Assembly (NCBI GenBank): GCA_963827685.1
Contig: CAWHBU010000003.1
Location: forward strand, 288,001-352,000
DNA length: 64,000 nucleotides
Source of the DNA: an uncultured delta proteobacterium
GTDB lineage: Bacteria; Desulfobacterota; BSN033; UBA1163
Direction of reading: 5' to 3'
Shown here: positions 1 to 9,368 of the stretch, piece by piece
Layout: each line of letters begins with the position of its first letter
How positions within the stretch are numbered: the stretch's first letter is position 1
Position numbers and translations under genes: made by a program
The notes under the pieces: model-generated
The model's input: the letters and a program-made list of their open reading frames with translations, nothing else
Database searches by the model: none
What the model was told of the DNA's origin: nothing

Positions 1-276
1 GGAAGAACGGATTCGTAATCATAATCGAAATAAGTACCTGTACAAATGAAACCGCTCTTCATAAGAACGAATTAACCTCACTCCACTAAATGTTTAATCC
101 GAACTCAACCAAAATGGCCACTCAACTTTACCTTGATATCAAATATTTTTCAAGGCAAATATAAAAACCCGGTCGTCTAAGATTCGAGGGTGCAACTTTT
201 TTTACGGACTTAAAGTTGAAGTAGGCACCGGCGGTAATTCTTAGTATTCAAGGACACTCTCTTTCTGCCACCATTC

Positions 277-312
277 AATTGTTAACCACACATGCGATAG
301 TGGTTGACAATT
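277..312. promoter_or_regulatory. BirA (biotin repressor) operator
   Basis: AATTGTTAACC-N14-GGTTGACAATT palindrome matches the TGTWAACC-N14/15-GGTTWACA consensus and lies directly upstream of the bio operon. Confidence 0.85.
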
Positions 313-332
313 AATCGAATCTATAATATTCT
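304..332 (+). promoter_or_regulatory. sigma70 promoter of the bio operon, overlapping the operator
   Basis: TTGACA (304-309), 17 bp spacer, TATTCT (327-332). Confidence 0.7.
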
Positions 333-416
333 TTTCAAAATTTTTCATACAACGCTGAAAAGGAAAGCTGAGTGAGACGTCACCATGATCCACGATGTCA
401 GTTTGAGAGTCAAGCA

Positions 417-1611
417 ATGAAGAATGCCCTTTTTAGAGATGAGATCAAGGACCTCAAAAAAAGAGGGCTTTACAGGGAACTAAGAACCATCGAGGGGGAA
501 CAGGACAGTTCCGTAGTCATGGATGGTAAAAGGGTTTTGATGTTCTCTTCAAACAACTACCTTGGTCTTGCTAACCATCCGGGGCTCAAAAAAGCATCCG
601 TCGATGCCGCATTGCGTTACGGTACGGGGAGCGGTGCATCCAGACTCATTTCAGGAAACATGGGAATCCATCGAACCTTAGAGAAGGAATTAGCCCTGTT
701 TAAAGGAACGGATAGGGTTCTCCTTTTTCAGCTCGGGTTATCATGCCAACGTAGGAACCATTTCCGCCCTTACAGGGGAGGGGGATTTGATCTTGAGCGA
801 CGAGCTCAACCATGCAAGTATCGTCGATGGATGTAGGCTCAGTAGGGCAGAGATTAGGGTCTATCAACACGCCAACATGAACTCTCTCAAAGAGATTCTT
901 CAGAGATCTTCAAGGTTCAAAAGAAGGTTAATCATTACGGACTCTGTCTTCAGCATGGATGGGGACATTGCGCCCCTTCCCGATATCGTTGATCTTGGCG
1001 AGAAGTACTCAGCCCTGGTGATGGTGGATGACGCGCATGGCACAGGCGTCTTGGGCGAAAAAGGAAGGGGGATCATTGAACACTTTGGCCTCGGGGGAAG
1101 GGTTGAGATACAGATGGGGACCTTGGGAAAGGCCCTTGGTTCTTTCGGCGCCTATGTTGCTGGGACTGAAGACCTGATCCAATATCTCACCAATAGAGCG
1201 AGGAGTCTTCTTTATACAACGGCGCTTCCCCCATCGGTATGCGGTGCTGCCTTAGCGGCCCTTAAGATCCTTGGAGAAAGGCCTGAATTGGTAAGTCAGC
1301 TAAGGAATAACGCCACGTATTTTAGAGAAGGAATGAGAGATTTGGGTTACCTGATTCCAGAAGGTGAGACGCCGATTGTTCCTCTGGTTCTCGGAGACCC
1401 CTTCCTGACTATGGAAATGGCTCGAAGCCTGTTTGATGAAGGAATATATGTTCAGGGAATCCGGCCTCCCACTGTTCCTGAGGGAACATCAAGGCTTCGA
1501 ATCACACTGATGGCCAGCCACACCAAAGAGCAACTGGACTTCAGCTTAAGGGCCTTTGAGAAGATAGGGAAAAAATGGATCACACAAAGAAAAAAGAGCT
1601 TGAGGATTTAG
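417..1611 (+). pseudogene. bioF: 8-amino-7-oxononanoate synthase with a +1 frameshift (real or assembly error)
   Basis: N-half has FSSNNYLGL and GSGASRLISG; C-half has SDELNHASI, DDAHG, TLGKALG, IRPPTVP; removing one T from the T5 run at 724-728 restores LLFSSGYHAN. Confidence 0.9.
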
Positions 1612-2972
1612 ACCGTCATTTGATCTGGCACCCTTTCACTCAGATGAAAGACTATATGGAAGAAGTTCCTCTCATCGTCGAAAGAGGTGAAGGATCTTAC
1701 CTCGTTGATATCTACGGGAAAAAATACCTTGACGGGGTCTCTTCGCTATGGGTTAGCCTCCACGGACATAGAAAGAAAGAGATTGATGATGCCATCAGAA
1801 ATCAGCTCGATCAGGTGGCTCACTCAACACTTCTTGGAATCTCAAACGTTCCGGCCATTCACCTGGCCAAGGAACTCGTCGAAATTGCACCAAGCGGGTT
1901 AAGAAAGATTTTTTATTCGGACAACGGCTCGACCGCCGTTGAGATTGGACTCAAGATTGCTTTCCAATTCTGGAAGCAAAAGGGAGATGGGAAAAACAAA
2001 CATACCTTTCTATCCTTTACCAATGCCTATCACGGCGATACCATTGGCTCTGTCAGTCTGGGCGGGATCGATCTTTTCCATGAGACGTACGGCTCCCTGC
2101 TCTTTCCGGTCCATAGAGCCCCTTATCCTTACTGCTATCGGTGTCCTCTGAAGAGGTCCACTCCTTCCTGTGGGATGGAGTGTTTGAACAGGGTTGAAAA
2201 TATTTTGTCAACCCATCACGAGGAGATCGCCGCACTGGTCATTGAACCGATGATCCAAGGCGCAGCGGGAATGATCACTTCTCCAAAGAACTATCTGAAA
2301 GCGATAAGGGAGTTGACGAAAAAGTACGGTGTGCTCCTGATCGCTGATGAGGTAGCAACTGGTTTTGGAAGGACAGGAAGGATGTTCGCCTGTGAGCATG
2401 AGGCGATCTCCCCGGATATCCTCTGTCTCGCAAAGGGGATCACAGGAGGATATCTCCCTCTGGCAGCGACTTTAACAACAGAGGAGATTTTCAATGCCTT
2501 CCTTGGAGAATATGAAGAAAAGAAAACCTTCTTTCACGGTCACTCGTATACCGGAAATCCCCTGGCCTGCGCAGCCGCCGTGGCCAATTTAAGAGTGATG
2601 AAGGAAGAAAGGATCCTTGAAAAACTGCAAGGTAAGATTCAATTTCTATCGGAGGCTTTAAAGGAATATAGGAGACTCGAACACGTCGGGGACATTCGAC
2701 AACTTGGGATGATGGTTGGGATAGAACTCGTCGTGGATAAGGCCACTAAAGAAGAATACCCTTATGGGGATAAGATCGGGATCAGAGTGATTCAAGAGGC
2801 GAGGAGAAGGGGGCTCATCATGAGACCTCTTGGCAATGTCATCGTGCTCATGCCGCCATTGAGCATATCCCAGGACGAACTAAGCGAGATCCTTTCGATT
2901 ACCTATCATTCAATAAAAGCGGTCACCAGCCAGCCCTCCCCTCCCCCCTCTGAGAAACTGTGTAATAATTAA
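1575..2972 (+). CDS. bioA: adenosylmethionine-8-amino-7-oxononanoate aminotransferase
   Basis: WHPFTQM, DNGSTAVE, ADEVATGFGRTG, AKGITGGY, HGHSYTGNP motifs. Confidence 0.95.
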   Translation: MDHTKKKELEDLDRHLIWHPFTQMKDYMEEVPLIVERGEGSYLVDIYGKKYLDGVSSLWVSLHGHRKKEIDDAIRNQLDQVAHSTLLGISNVPAIHLAKELVEIAPSGLRKIFYSDNGSTAVEIGLKIAFQFWKQKGDGKNKHTFLSFTNAYHGDTIGSVSLGGIDLFHETYGSLLFPVHRAPYPYCYRCPLKRSTPSCGMECLNRVENILSTHHEEIAALVIEPMIQGAAGMITSPKNYLKAIRELTKKYGVLLIADEVATGFGRTGRMFACEHEAISPDILCLAKGITGGYLPLAATLTTEEIFNAFLGEYEEKKTFFHGHSYTGNPLACAAAVANLRVMKEERILEKLQGKIQFLSEALKEYRRLEHVGDIRQLGMMVGIELVVDKATKEEYPYGDKIGIRVIQEARRRGLIMRPLGNVIVLMPPLSISQDELSEILSITYHSIKAVTSQPSPPPSEKLCNN

Positions 2973-3228
2973 CGAGGGACGACTTCCGTTACAAGACGGA
3001 ATAGGCGGTCAGGTGACGAAGCTTTAGACCTGCCTGCGCGAAGCCGCTTCGGCGAAGGCAGGGCGGAAACCTCTTATCGGTCAGCTACTGGGCCACAAAC
3101 CCATGAAAAGAAAACATTTGCAAGAAGGTCAATGACCTATAACTTCAAATAACCGCATTCTAAAGCTGAGGGGCCTGACCGCCTGTTTCGCCCGTATCTA
3201 CTCTCCATCATGTTTACGACACAGTCTC
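2954..3228. mobile_element. 275-bp non-autonomous MITE-like element
   Basis: Terminal inverted repeats GAAACTGTGTAATAA / TTACGACACAGTCTC (12/15), TGA on both flanks, long internal inverted arms, inserted in a C-rich/G-rich hairpin. Confidence 0.6.
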
Positions 3229-3275
3229 TGAGGGGGATGGGGAGGGTGAGGGCCGGGGGATGATGGGTTACACAG

Positions 3276-4010
3276 ATGGGGAAAGGGGTTTTTGTCACAG
3301 GCACAGATACAGGCGTTGGGAAGACTGTCGTCACAGCGGGCCTTGTGAGTCTTTTGATCAAGGAGGGACTCGATGTCGGTGTGATGAAACCGATCGAAAC
3401 AGGGTGTCCTAAGAGAAATGGTAGACTCGTTCCAAGGGACGCCACCTTTCTCAAAGCGGTATCACGTTCCAAAGATGATCTATCCCTCATTAACCCTTAT
3501 AGGTTCTCTAAACCCTTGGCTCCCCTGATCGCCGCAGAGATCGATCACAAAGAGATTAAGATAGGAAAAATCTCCTCAGCTTATAAAAAGCTCAGAGAAA
3601 AGCACGATATCATTTTCGTTGAAGGGGCCGGCGGCCTCCTGGTCCCTCTTACAGGAAAATTAACGAATCTTGAGCTGATATTGGAACTGAACCTCCCGAT
3701 CATTGTGGTAGTCGGTTCAAAACTTGGGGCTATTAACCATACGCTCCTTACTCTCAACTGGGCAAGAAAAAAAGGGGTAAAGATCCTCGGCCTTTTAATC
3801 AATCAACCAAATTCCAAACCGGGTTTTAGAAAGAGTCTGGCCGAGAAGACAAACCCTAAGGTGATCCGGTCTTTTACGGAAGTGCCGATCCTTGGGGAGG
3901 TTCCCCATATTCCCTTAATTCTTAGACCTCCTATCTTCTCAAAGTCACGCTTGATGAATATTTTAGAAAGGGCCTTTGATCTTGAAAAGATTAGAGCCCA
4001 AATACTTTGA
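3276..4010 (+). CDS. bioD: dethiobiotin synthase
   Basis: FVTGTDTGVGKT, KPIETG, VEGAGG, LGAINHTLLT motifs. Confidence 0.95.
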   Translation: MGKGVFVTGTDTGVGKTVVTAGLVSLLIKEGLDVGVMKPIETGCPKRNGRLVPRDATFLKAVSRSKDDLSLINPYRFSKPLAPLIAAEIDHKEIKIGKISSAYKKLREKHDIIFVEGAGGLLVPLTGKLTNLELILELNLPIIVVVGSKLGAINHTLLTLNWARKKGVKILGLLINQPNSKPGFRKSLAEKTNPKVIRSFTEVPILGEVPHIPLILRPPIFSKSRLMNILERAFDLEKIRAQIL

Positions 4011-4107
4011 CATGGGTCGGGCGTTCCTTCCTAAGAATTGGGTGAAGCTCTAAGGAGGTGTAGCCGTTCATCCTGAAAAGCCTGCCGTACAGTACATCCC
4101 GCCAGTA

Positions 4108-4157
4108 TTCCTTCGACTATGCTCAGGACAAGTTCACCCCTGTTGCCGACGTGAAAG
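4108..4157. repeat. 50-bp exact direct repeat of 4987-5036 (tRNA-Glu-derived att fragment)
   Basis: TTCCTTCGACTATGCTCAGGACAAGTTCACCCCTGTTGCCGACGTGAAAG occurs at both sites. Confidence 0.9.
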
Positions 4158-4185
4158 TTAGTGAAAATGCCTTGTCCCACCATTT

Positions 4186-4845
4186 TTGAGCTTGCTTAAA
4201 CAGGTTCACCAAGGGCGTTTTTCCGAAGCAGAATCGTATGCGCGGGCGGCATTGAAAACTGCACCAACGAATCCATTTATCATCGATTGTCTCTGTGAAA
4301 TTATCATTGGTAAAGTTTCTAAATCAAGTGAACTAGAGGGCGACACCGAGTTCCATAAGCTGATGGAAGACCTTAAGTGGTATGGAGAGCTTGAAGGTCT
4401 TACATTATATGAAAACCGTAAGGCGATGTATTTGTTTAGAATTGGCAGATATGAGGAAGCGCTTAAGTATGCGCATGCTGCCGTCGAGAGGACCTCATGG
4501 AGGTTCAGTGCTTTCGTAACGAGGGCAAAAATCCGTTTAGGTTGCGGAAAAGAGATCGACCAGATTGCAGATGATATAAAGCAGTTGAGACGGCTTGAGT
4601 CTGATATGCGGACAGGGGAGGGAAAAGCTGGACGATTCCGAATAGACGAGATCGAAATACGGTACAAAGCCAGCATCGGTGATTATAGAGGGGCGTGGGA
4701 GCTACTGCAAAGATATAGAGAGATGCCTATATATGTAAGAGAAAGGTTAAGTATTGAGCTAGCAGCGATGGTCCGAAGTGCCAAGGTTGATGATCCCGAG
4801 CTAATGGCCTGGGCCGCAAGCGATGGGGGTTTGAAACCTAATTGA
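4186..4845 (+). pseudogene. TPR-containing protein, probably a 5'-truncated C-terminal fragment
   Basis: TPR-like helices (GRFSEAESYARAAL, GRYEEALKYAHAAV); only a TTG start with no clear RBS; lies between direct repeats. Confidence 0.5.
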
Positions 4846-4926
4846 AATTAAGCCTTGATTTTAAGTTTTGGAGGATTTGAGGAAGACTCCCCATATTTTT
4901 CCCTAAAATGGTTCATGTTGTCTGTG

Positions 4927-4965
4927 AAAAAAAAGGGGGAGCGATTTCTGCTACTCCCTTTTTTT
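4927..4965 (-). terminator. intrinsic terminator after the duplicated tRNA-Glu 3' end (probable original tRNA terminator)
   Basis: Hairpin GGGGAGC..GCTACTCCC flanked by A and T runs. Confidence 0.65.
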
Positions 4966-4968
4966 CTA

Positions 4969-5037
4969 TGGCGCCCCCAAGGGGATTTCCTTCGACTATG
5001 CTCAGGACAAGTTCACCCCTGTTGCCGACGTGAAAGG
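4969..5037 (-). repeat. att-like copy of the tRNA-Glu 3' half with a short insertion in the T-loop
   Basis: TGGCGCCCCCAAGGGGATT...ACCCCTGTTGCCGACGTGAAAGG matches 24555-24599 except for one substitution and the T-loop insert. Confidence 0.85.
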
Positions 5038-5485
5038 GGTTTGGTCGGACCCCCAAATTTACCGTCGTCATGGACGGACAAGGGGGCAGAAAGGAGGGAT
5101 TCATCAAGAAGTTTGATTACCGAAAAACTTGGGTCTGAGACCTTTCTTGCTCTTTGACAATCGGATAGCGATCTATTTTTTGCTGGTTACACCTACTGTT
5201 CAGTGAGGGTAGTTGCCGATAGTTGAAGATTACTGAAAGAAGTCATGCATCCCTACTCAATAGCAGGAAATAGGTACGTGCTTGAGAAAATAGATTACCA
5301 TCGGAGGTCGTTTCGCATTCTGCTTTTTTGAAAGCGTCTGTTTCCCTCGCGGGAATCTTCTGAGGGTGGGAATCGCATACTTGAGCAGGTCACAGGTGAG
5401 GGTTATGGAATCGGGTGCGCTTTTTTCGGTCCCATTACCGTTTTGTCGCGCGTAAGGTGTTAAGGCATAAAGCTGCAAGGAGTAA

Positions 5486-6538
5486 CTAAAGATCCTTGGC
5501 AACCCGAAAGCCGACGGTGGAGCCGCGGTGGTCTGGCCGCTCCCTACCGCGATTCGCTGAACGTAAGCGCCTGGAATCGCCGCTATACGAACCGCCACGT
5601 GACACACGCTCCTTTCCGGCTTTGGGCCCAGTCGGGTCCGTCACCTGACTGGATGGATAATCTCCATGCCAGTCCTGGCACCACTCCTTAACGTTACCGT
5701 GCATGTCATAAAGGCCCCAGGCGTTGGGCTCCCTTTTGCTCACGGGATGAGTCTTGAGGCTGAAAGGATTGGTCGCGTACCAGGCGTACTTTTCAAGCTC
5801 TGCTTTCTGATTGCCGAAGCAAAACCTGCCTTCGCTCTTCGCTCGGCATGCATACTCCCATTCCGCTTCCGTGGGAAGTCGATACTTCTTTCCGCCCTCC
5901 CTCTGGTTGAGATTTCGGATGAACTCCTGGGCATCTTCCCAACTGACCGTCTCGACTGGGCAATCATTGCCACATTCTTTGAAGAATGACGGGTTACTCC
6001 CCATCACCTGTGTCCACTGCTTCTGAGTCACCTCGGTAGTTTGCAGGTAGAAAGGTTTGCTGATCGTAACTAAGTGCTGCCTTTCGTCTTTAAACCGTCC
6101 GTCTTCGCCATCGGGGCTACCCATCTTAAAACTCCCTGCGGGAATCAGCCTGAAGCTCATGTCAATACTGTTTGTAAAGGTCTCTGGAGGCTTAGCCGTC
6201 AAGTCTATGTCTCCTATCCTTCTCTGCAGATAGATCACTAGCTCCATGTCCCTGTCCAGAGTCATCTCCCTTCGGTAAAGCAGCGTGACCCCCTGATAGA
6301 CTTCTAAGAGATATGTTCCGGGGCCCAGCGCGGAGAATTGAAATTGGCCATTTTGGCTTGTGAACGTGGTAAAGTGCGAAATCCCTTTTGCTGTTGGGGC
6401 CATGAACTTCACTGTCAGTCCTGGAATACCTTTCCGGCTCATGTCGTCCAGAACCGAGCCCCTGAGCTTTAATTCATTTCCATAGGCGGGGGGCAGTGCC
6501 ATGAGAAGGAGAACAAATACGAAAAGAAGCTTTTTCAT
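5486..6538 (-). CDS. secreted FGE-sulfatase (SUMF1/C-lectin fold) domain protein with N-terminal carboxypeptidase-regulatory-like domain
   Basis: Signal peptide MKKLLFVF; IPAGSFKMGS, RLPTEAEWEYACRA, NAWGLYDMHGNVKEW, RGGS..GFRVA. Confidence 0.85.
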   Translation of the reverse strand: MKKLLFVFVLLLMALPPAYGNELKLRGSVLDDMSRKGIPGLTVKFMAPTAKGISHFTTFTSQNGQFQFSALGPGTYLLEVYQGVTLLYRREMTLDRDMELVIYLQRRIGDIDLTAKPPETFTNSIDMSFRLIPAGSFKMGSPDGEDGRFKDERQHLVTISKPFYLQTTEVTQKQWTQVMGSNPSFFKECGNDCPVETVSWEDAQEFIRNLNQREGGKKYRLPTEAEWEYACRAKSEGRFCFGNQKAELEKYAWYATNPFSLKTHPVSKREPNAWGLYDMHGNVKEWCQDWHGDYPSSQVTDPTGPKAGKERVSRGGSYSGDSRRLRSANRGRERPDHRGSTVGFRVAKDL

Positions 6539-6551
6539 CTCTTCGGCCCTC

Positions 6552-7091
6552 CTATTTGAATTCAGAAGGAACGGGAGGCAGGGCCTTCTGTTTGTAAATT
6601 GGTACAACGTCGGCAAAGATCTTTTGTTTCGGCAGAACGACCTCCCCATGCTCCATCTTCTTGAGATTGGCTCTGGTTTCTATGACGTTGTTACCCACAA
6701 TGTAGAGAATTTTATATTCTTCGCCTGTACCTCTTGGAAGCGGCACCCGGAGAGAATAATCTCCTGACTGCAGGAGGGTATCCGATCCGGTGACCGCATA
6801 GATCATGACTGGAAATAAATCCGCCGTCAAACTTCCCTTGATGGGAATCTCTTCGCGGAACCTCTCTATTCTGACGATGGGATAGATCAAGGGGAAGAAC
6901 CCCAGAACGAAAAGGACAAGGGCGGGAATGTTAGTCTTGAACTTTCCCACAGGTGTTTCAATCTCTGTGACTTGCTTTGATTCCCGGTCGATATAGATTT
7001 TCTGTTTATAAATGAGCCATATGCCCCCGGCGACCATGATGAACCCTGCGATAGAACTCAAATAATAGAGAACCAAGACTCTAAATTCCAT
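6552..7091 (-). CDS. hypothetical membrane protein (2 TM)
   Basis: ORF with GAGGAGG RBS and two hydrophobic segments; 13 bp upstream of the FGE gene. Confidence 0.65.
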   Translation of the reverse strand: MEFRVLVLYYLSSIAGFIMVAGGIWLIYKQKIYIDRESKQVTEIETPVGKFKTNIPALVLFVLGFFPLIYPIVRIERFREEIPIKGSLTADLFPVMIYAVTGSDTLLQSGDYSLRVPLPRGTGEEYKILYIVGNNVIETRANLKKMEHGEVVLPKQKIFADVVPIYKQKALPPVPSEFK

Positions 7092-7617
7092 GACGCCCTC
7101 CTCGATTTTCCGCAATACTTCCTACCTTGGGGGCCGGTCATCCGCAAGGCCGATTTTCACGCCTGAGCAAGATCTATGACTTTCGGTCCAGCCAGATACC
7201 AAAGCCTTGCCTGACACCATCCGTTTCTACCTCAACGACTGCCCAGATATAGACCGCATTACCTGACCCAAGTCCCAGCTGATCGAGTCCCCCATTAAGG
7301 CTGTTTTGAGTGTGTCTTGCCTACAAAGTTCATTCTTCTCCCCCCTAATTGATCCCTTTCAAAGTGCAAAAACCCTAAAGGTAAAAAACATCCGGCCCAT
7401 TAAACATGCAACCATAAATACTATTTTTTGTCAATTGGGAAAATTGGATTGTGAAAATTATCTTTTGAGGATTACCATTTGAAACCTTGTATAGATACGC
7501 AAATTTAAGGAATCACGACTTCAGGAAGAAAGTTTTGAGACGAGACCAAAGAAAAAGCTTGACAAAAGATATAGAAGGTGGATCATGGTGTATATCAATA
7601 AAAAGGAGGGGGAGGCC

Positions 7618-7773
7618 GTGATAACCAAGATCAGAACAAATATCTTTCTTACCAAAACTGAGCTAAAGAAACTTAGGGCATTATCAAAGAAGACTGAGGC
7701 GCCAGTCGCCGTGCTTGTGAGAAGGGCAGTTGATGAGTATTTGGAGAGGTTTGAAAAGAAGGAGAAGAAGTAA
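7618..7773 (+). CDS. ribbon-helix-helix (CopG-like) DNA-binding protein
   Basis: RTNIFLT..ELKKLRALS...VAVLVRRAVDEYL; GGAGG RBS before GTG. Confidence 0.8.
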   Translation: MITKIRTNIFLTKTELKKLRALSKKTEAPVAVLVRRAVDEYLERFEKKEKK

Positions 7774-7848
7774 AAAACCTCATTTCTCAAACCATCCTGT
7801 GGCTAGGAAGGTTTTCTAGTTTGAGATGAAAGGAGGTGAATTTAAAAT

Positions 7849-8283
7849 ATGAATTTCATATCTTATAGACTTGCCTTGTTCAAGCTGAATCGTAAGAGAG
7901 GCGAAGTAGTCAAAGCTATATCCAAGTTAGCTGAAGAGGCCCGGAAAACAGGCGGGGAAAGGAGGGCTCAAGAAATCTGGCAGACTGAAAGCTTCGATAT
8001 TGACATGGTTGATGATGAGATTCTCGGTTTGGTAACTCGGTATCTTGTCAACAAAGCAAACAAGAGATTTCTACCAGTTCCTTCCCTTTCAGAAGGAAGT
8101 GACATATGGGACAGAAGTAATTTCACTGGAAAATACCATCTAACTGACAAGGGGATTAGAGAGATACGTAAGATGGTAAGGCAAGACATGAAAGAAAATA
8201 TAGAAATTCTTTCACCTTATGTGACTATCTTGTTTGGATTGATCGGAGCAGCAACTGGTTTGATAGCAGTAATAAAACGATAA
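7849..8283 (+). CDS. hypothetical protein with a C-terminal TM helix and possible winged helix
   Basis: AGGAGGT RBS; YHLTDKG wHTH-like motif; hydrophobic C-terminus. Confidence 0.7.
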   Translation: MNFISYRLALFKLNRKRGEVVKAISKLAEEARKTGGERRAQEIWQTESFDIDMVDDEILGLVTRYLVNKANKRFLPVPSLSEGSDIWDRSNFTGKYHLTDKGIREIRKMVRQDMKENIEILSPYVTILFGLIGAATGLIAVIKR

Positions 8284-8347
8284 GATCAAGGTAGATCAAT
8301 CCCTTAATCCCTAACCGGCCAATGGCCAAAAGAAGGAGGTGAGTTGA

Positions 8348-9217
8348 GTGGCGGAGATATGTTTTGTGATAATGCCTTTTAGCAGAACTTCAGATGATCA
8401 CACCGAGGAATACTGGACAATACATTTCGAGACTTTCCTGAAGCCTCTTATCGAAGAGAATCCAGATCTTGAAGCCCGCCGTTCAGAAGCGTTGCGTGGA
8501 GATATTTTGAGACAAATCATTACAGACCTTGTTACTTCTCGTGTAGTAGTTGCTGACCTCACAGACCACAATCCTAACGTTTTTTGGGAGTTGGGGGTCC
8601 GACAGAGTTTCAAACATGGCACCGTTACAATCGCAGAAGAAAGTACCAAGCTTCCTTTCGATGTAGGGGTCAAAGGTACTCTATCCTATTATCCAAAGGA
8701 TTACATAAAAATGCAGGGATTTCGCAAAAAATTTAGTGAAGCTATCAAAGACTGTTTGGCGAATCCTAATAACCCCGATAGCCACGTATTGGAAACTCTT
8801 TCTGGTCGGGGGACTCTATTTGAGATTTTTCGTCGAGATGAGGCACTACGTCGGTTGGAAGCATTATTAGAAGAATGCCATTTCAATTTACTAGGTATAA
8901 AGAGTGTATTCAATTTTGCTCAAGAGAACCAGAAAAATCCCTCGGAACGACATTTCCCTACTGTTCGTTTTAGATCTTGTGCAGTCGAATTACTAATAAC
9001 AAATCAATACATCGATGAAGATAAATCATTTTTTAGAATAGCTGAACTTTATTTTATAGATACTATTATGTTTCACGAACAACTAAACCTTTGGCAACAT
9101 AATCCCGATGGAGTTGAAAAGTTTCTGTTAGAAAAGATAGAAATGTATAGGAGTAGCTGCGAGAAATTCAAAATGAAGGCAGAGGCTGCACGTGATAAGC
9201 TGAGTAAACGATTTTGA
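8348..9217 (+). CDS. nucleoside 2-deoxyribosyltransferase-like domain protein with helical C-terminus
   Basis: CFVIMPF, VVVADLT..NPNVFWELG, LPFDV motifs; AGGAGGT RBS. Confidence 0.75.
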   Translation: MAEICFVIMPFSRTSDDHTEEYWTIHFETFLKPLIEENPDLEARRSEALRGDILRQIITDLVTSRVVVADLTDHNPNVFWELGVRQSFKHGTVTIAEESTKLPFDVGVKGTLSYYPKDYIKMQGFRKKFSEAIKDCLANPNNPDSHVLETLSGRGTLFEIFRRDEALRRLEALLEECHFNLLGIKSVFNFAQENQKNPSERHFPTVRFRSCAVELLITNQYIDEDKSFFRIAELYFIDTIMFHEQLNLWQHNPDGVEKFLLEKIEMYRSSCEKFKMKAEAARDKLSKRF

Positions 9218-9219
9218 TG

Positions 9220-9368
9220 TGAAGACAAGAACCTAGGGAGCAGGTCTCAACATATGACATGGAAACTTATGTTTGACATAGAAATTTGAGAGGTGTATTC
9301 TTTGAACCAGGAAGTGCCAGAGCACGGAGAGACACCGAAAAACATCGGATAAATTTATGACATCTGAA
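9220..9368 (+). repeat. copy A of a ~160-bp promoter-carrying REP-like element (continues at ~10990-11012 after the IS)
   Basis: Near-identical to 15128-15290; TTGACA (9273)-17-TATTCT (9296). Confidence 0.8.

Noticed and set aside
1-63. Possible minus-strand gene start (MKSGFICTGTYFDY...) with a GAGGT RBS
   Set aside because: Only 21 codons are visible at the window edge, too few to call
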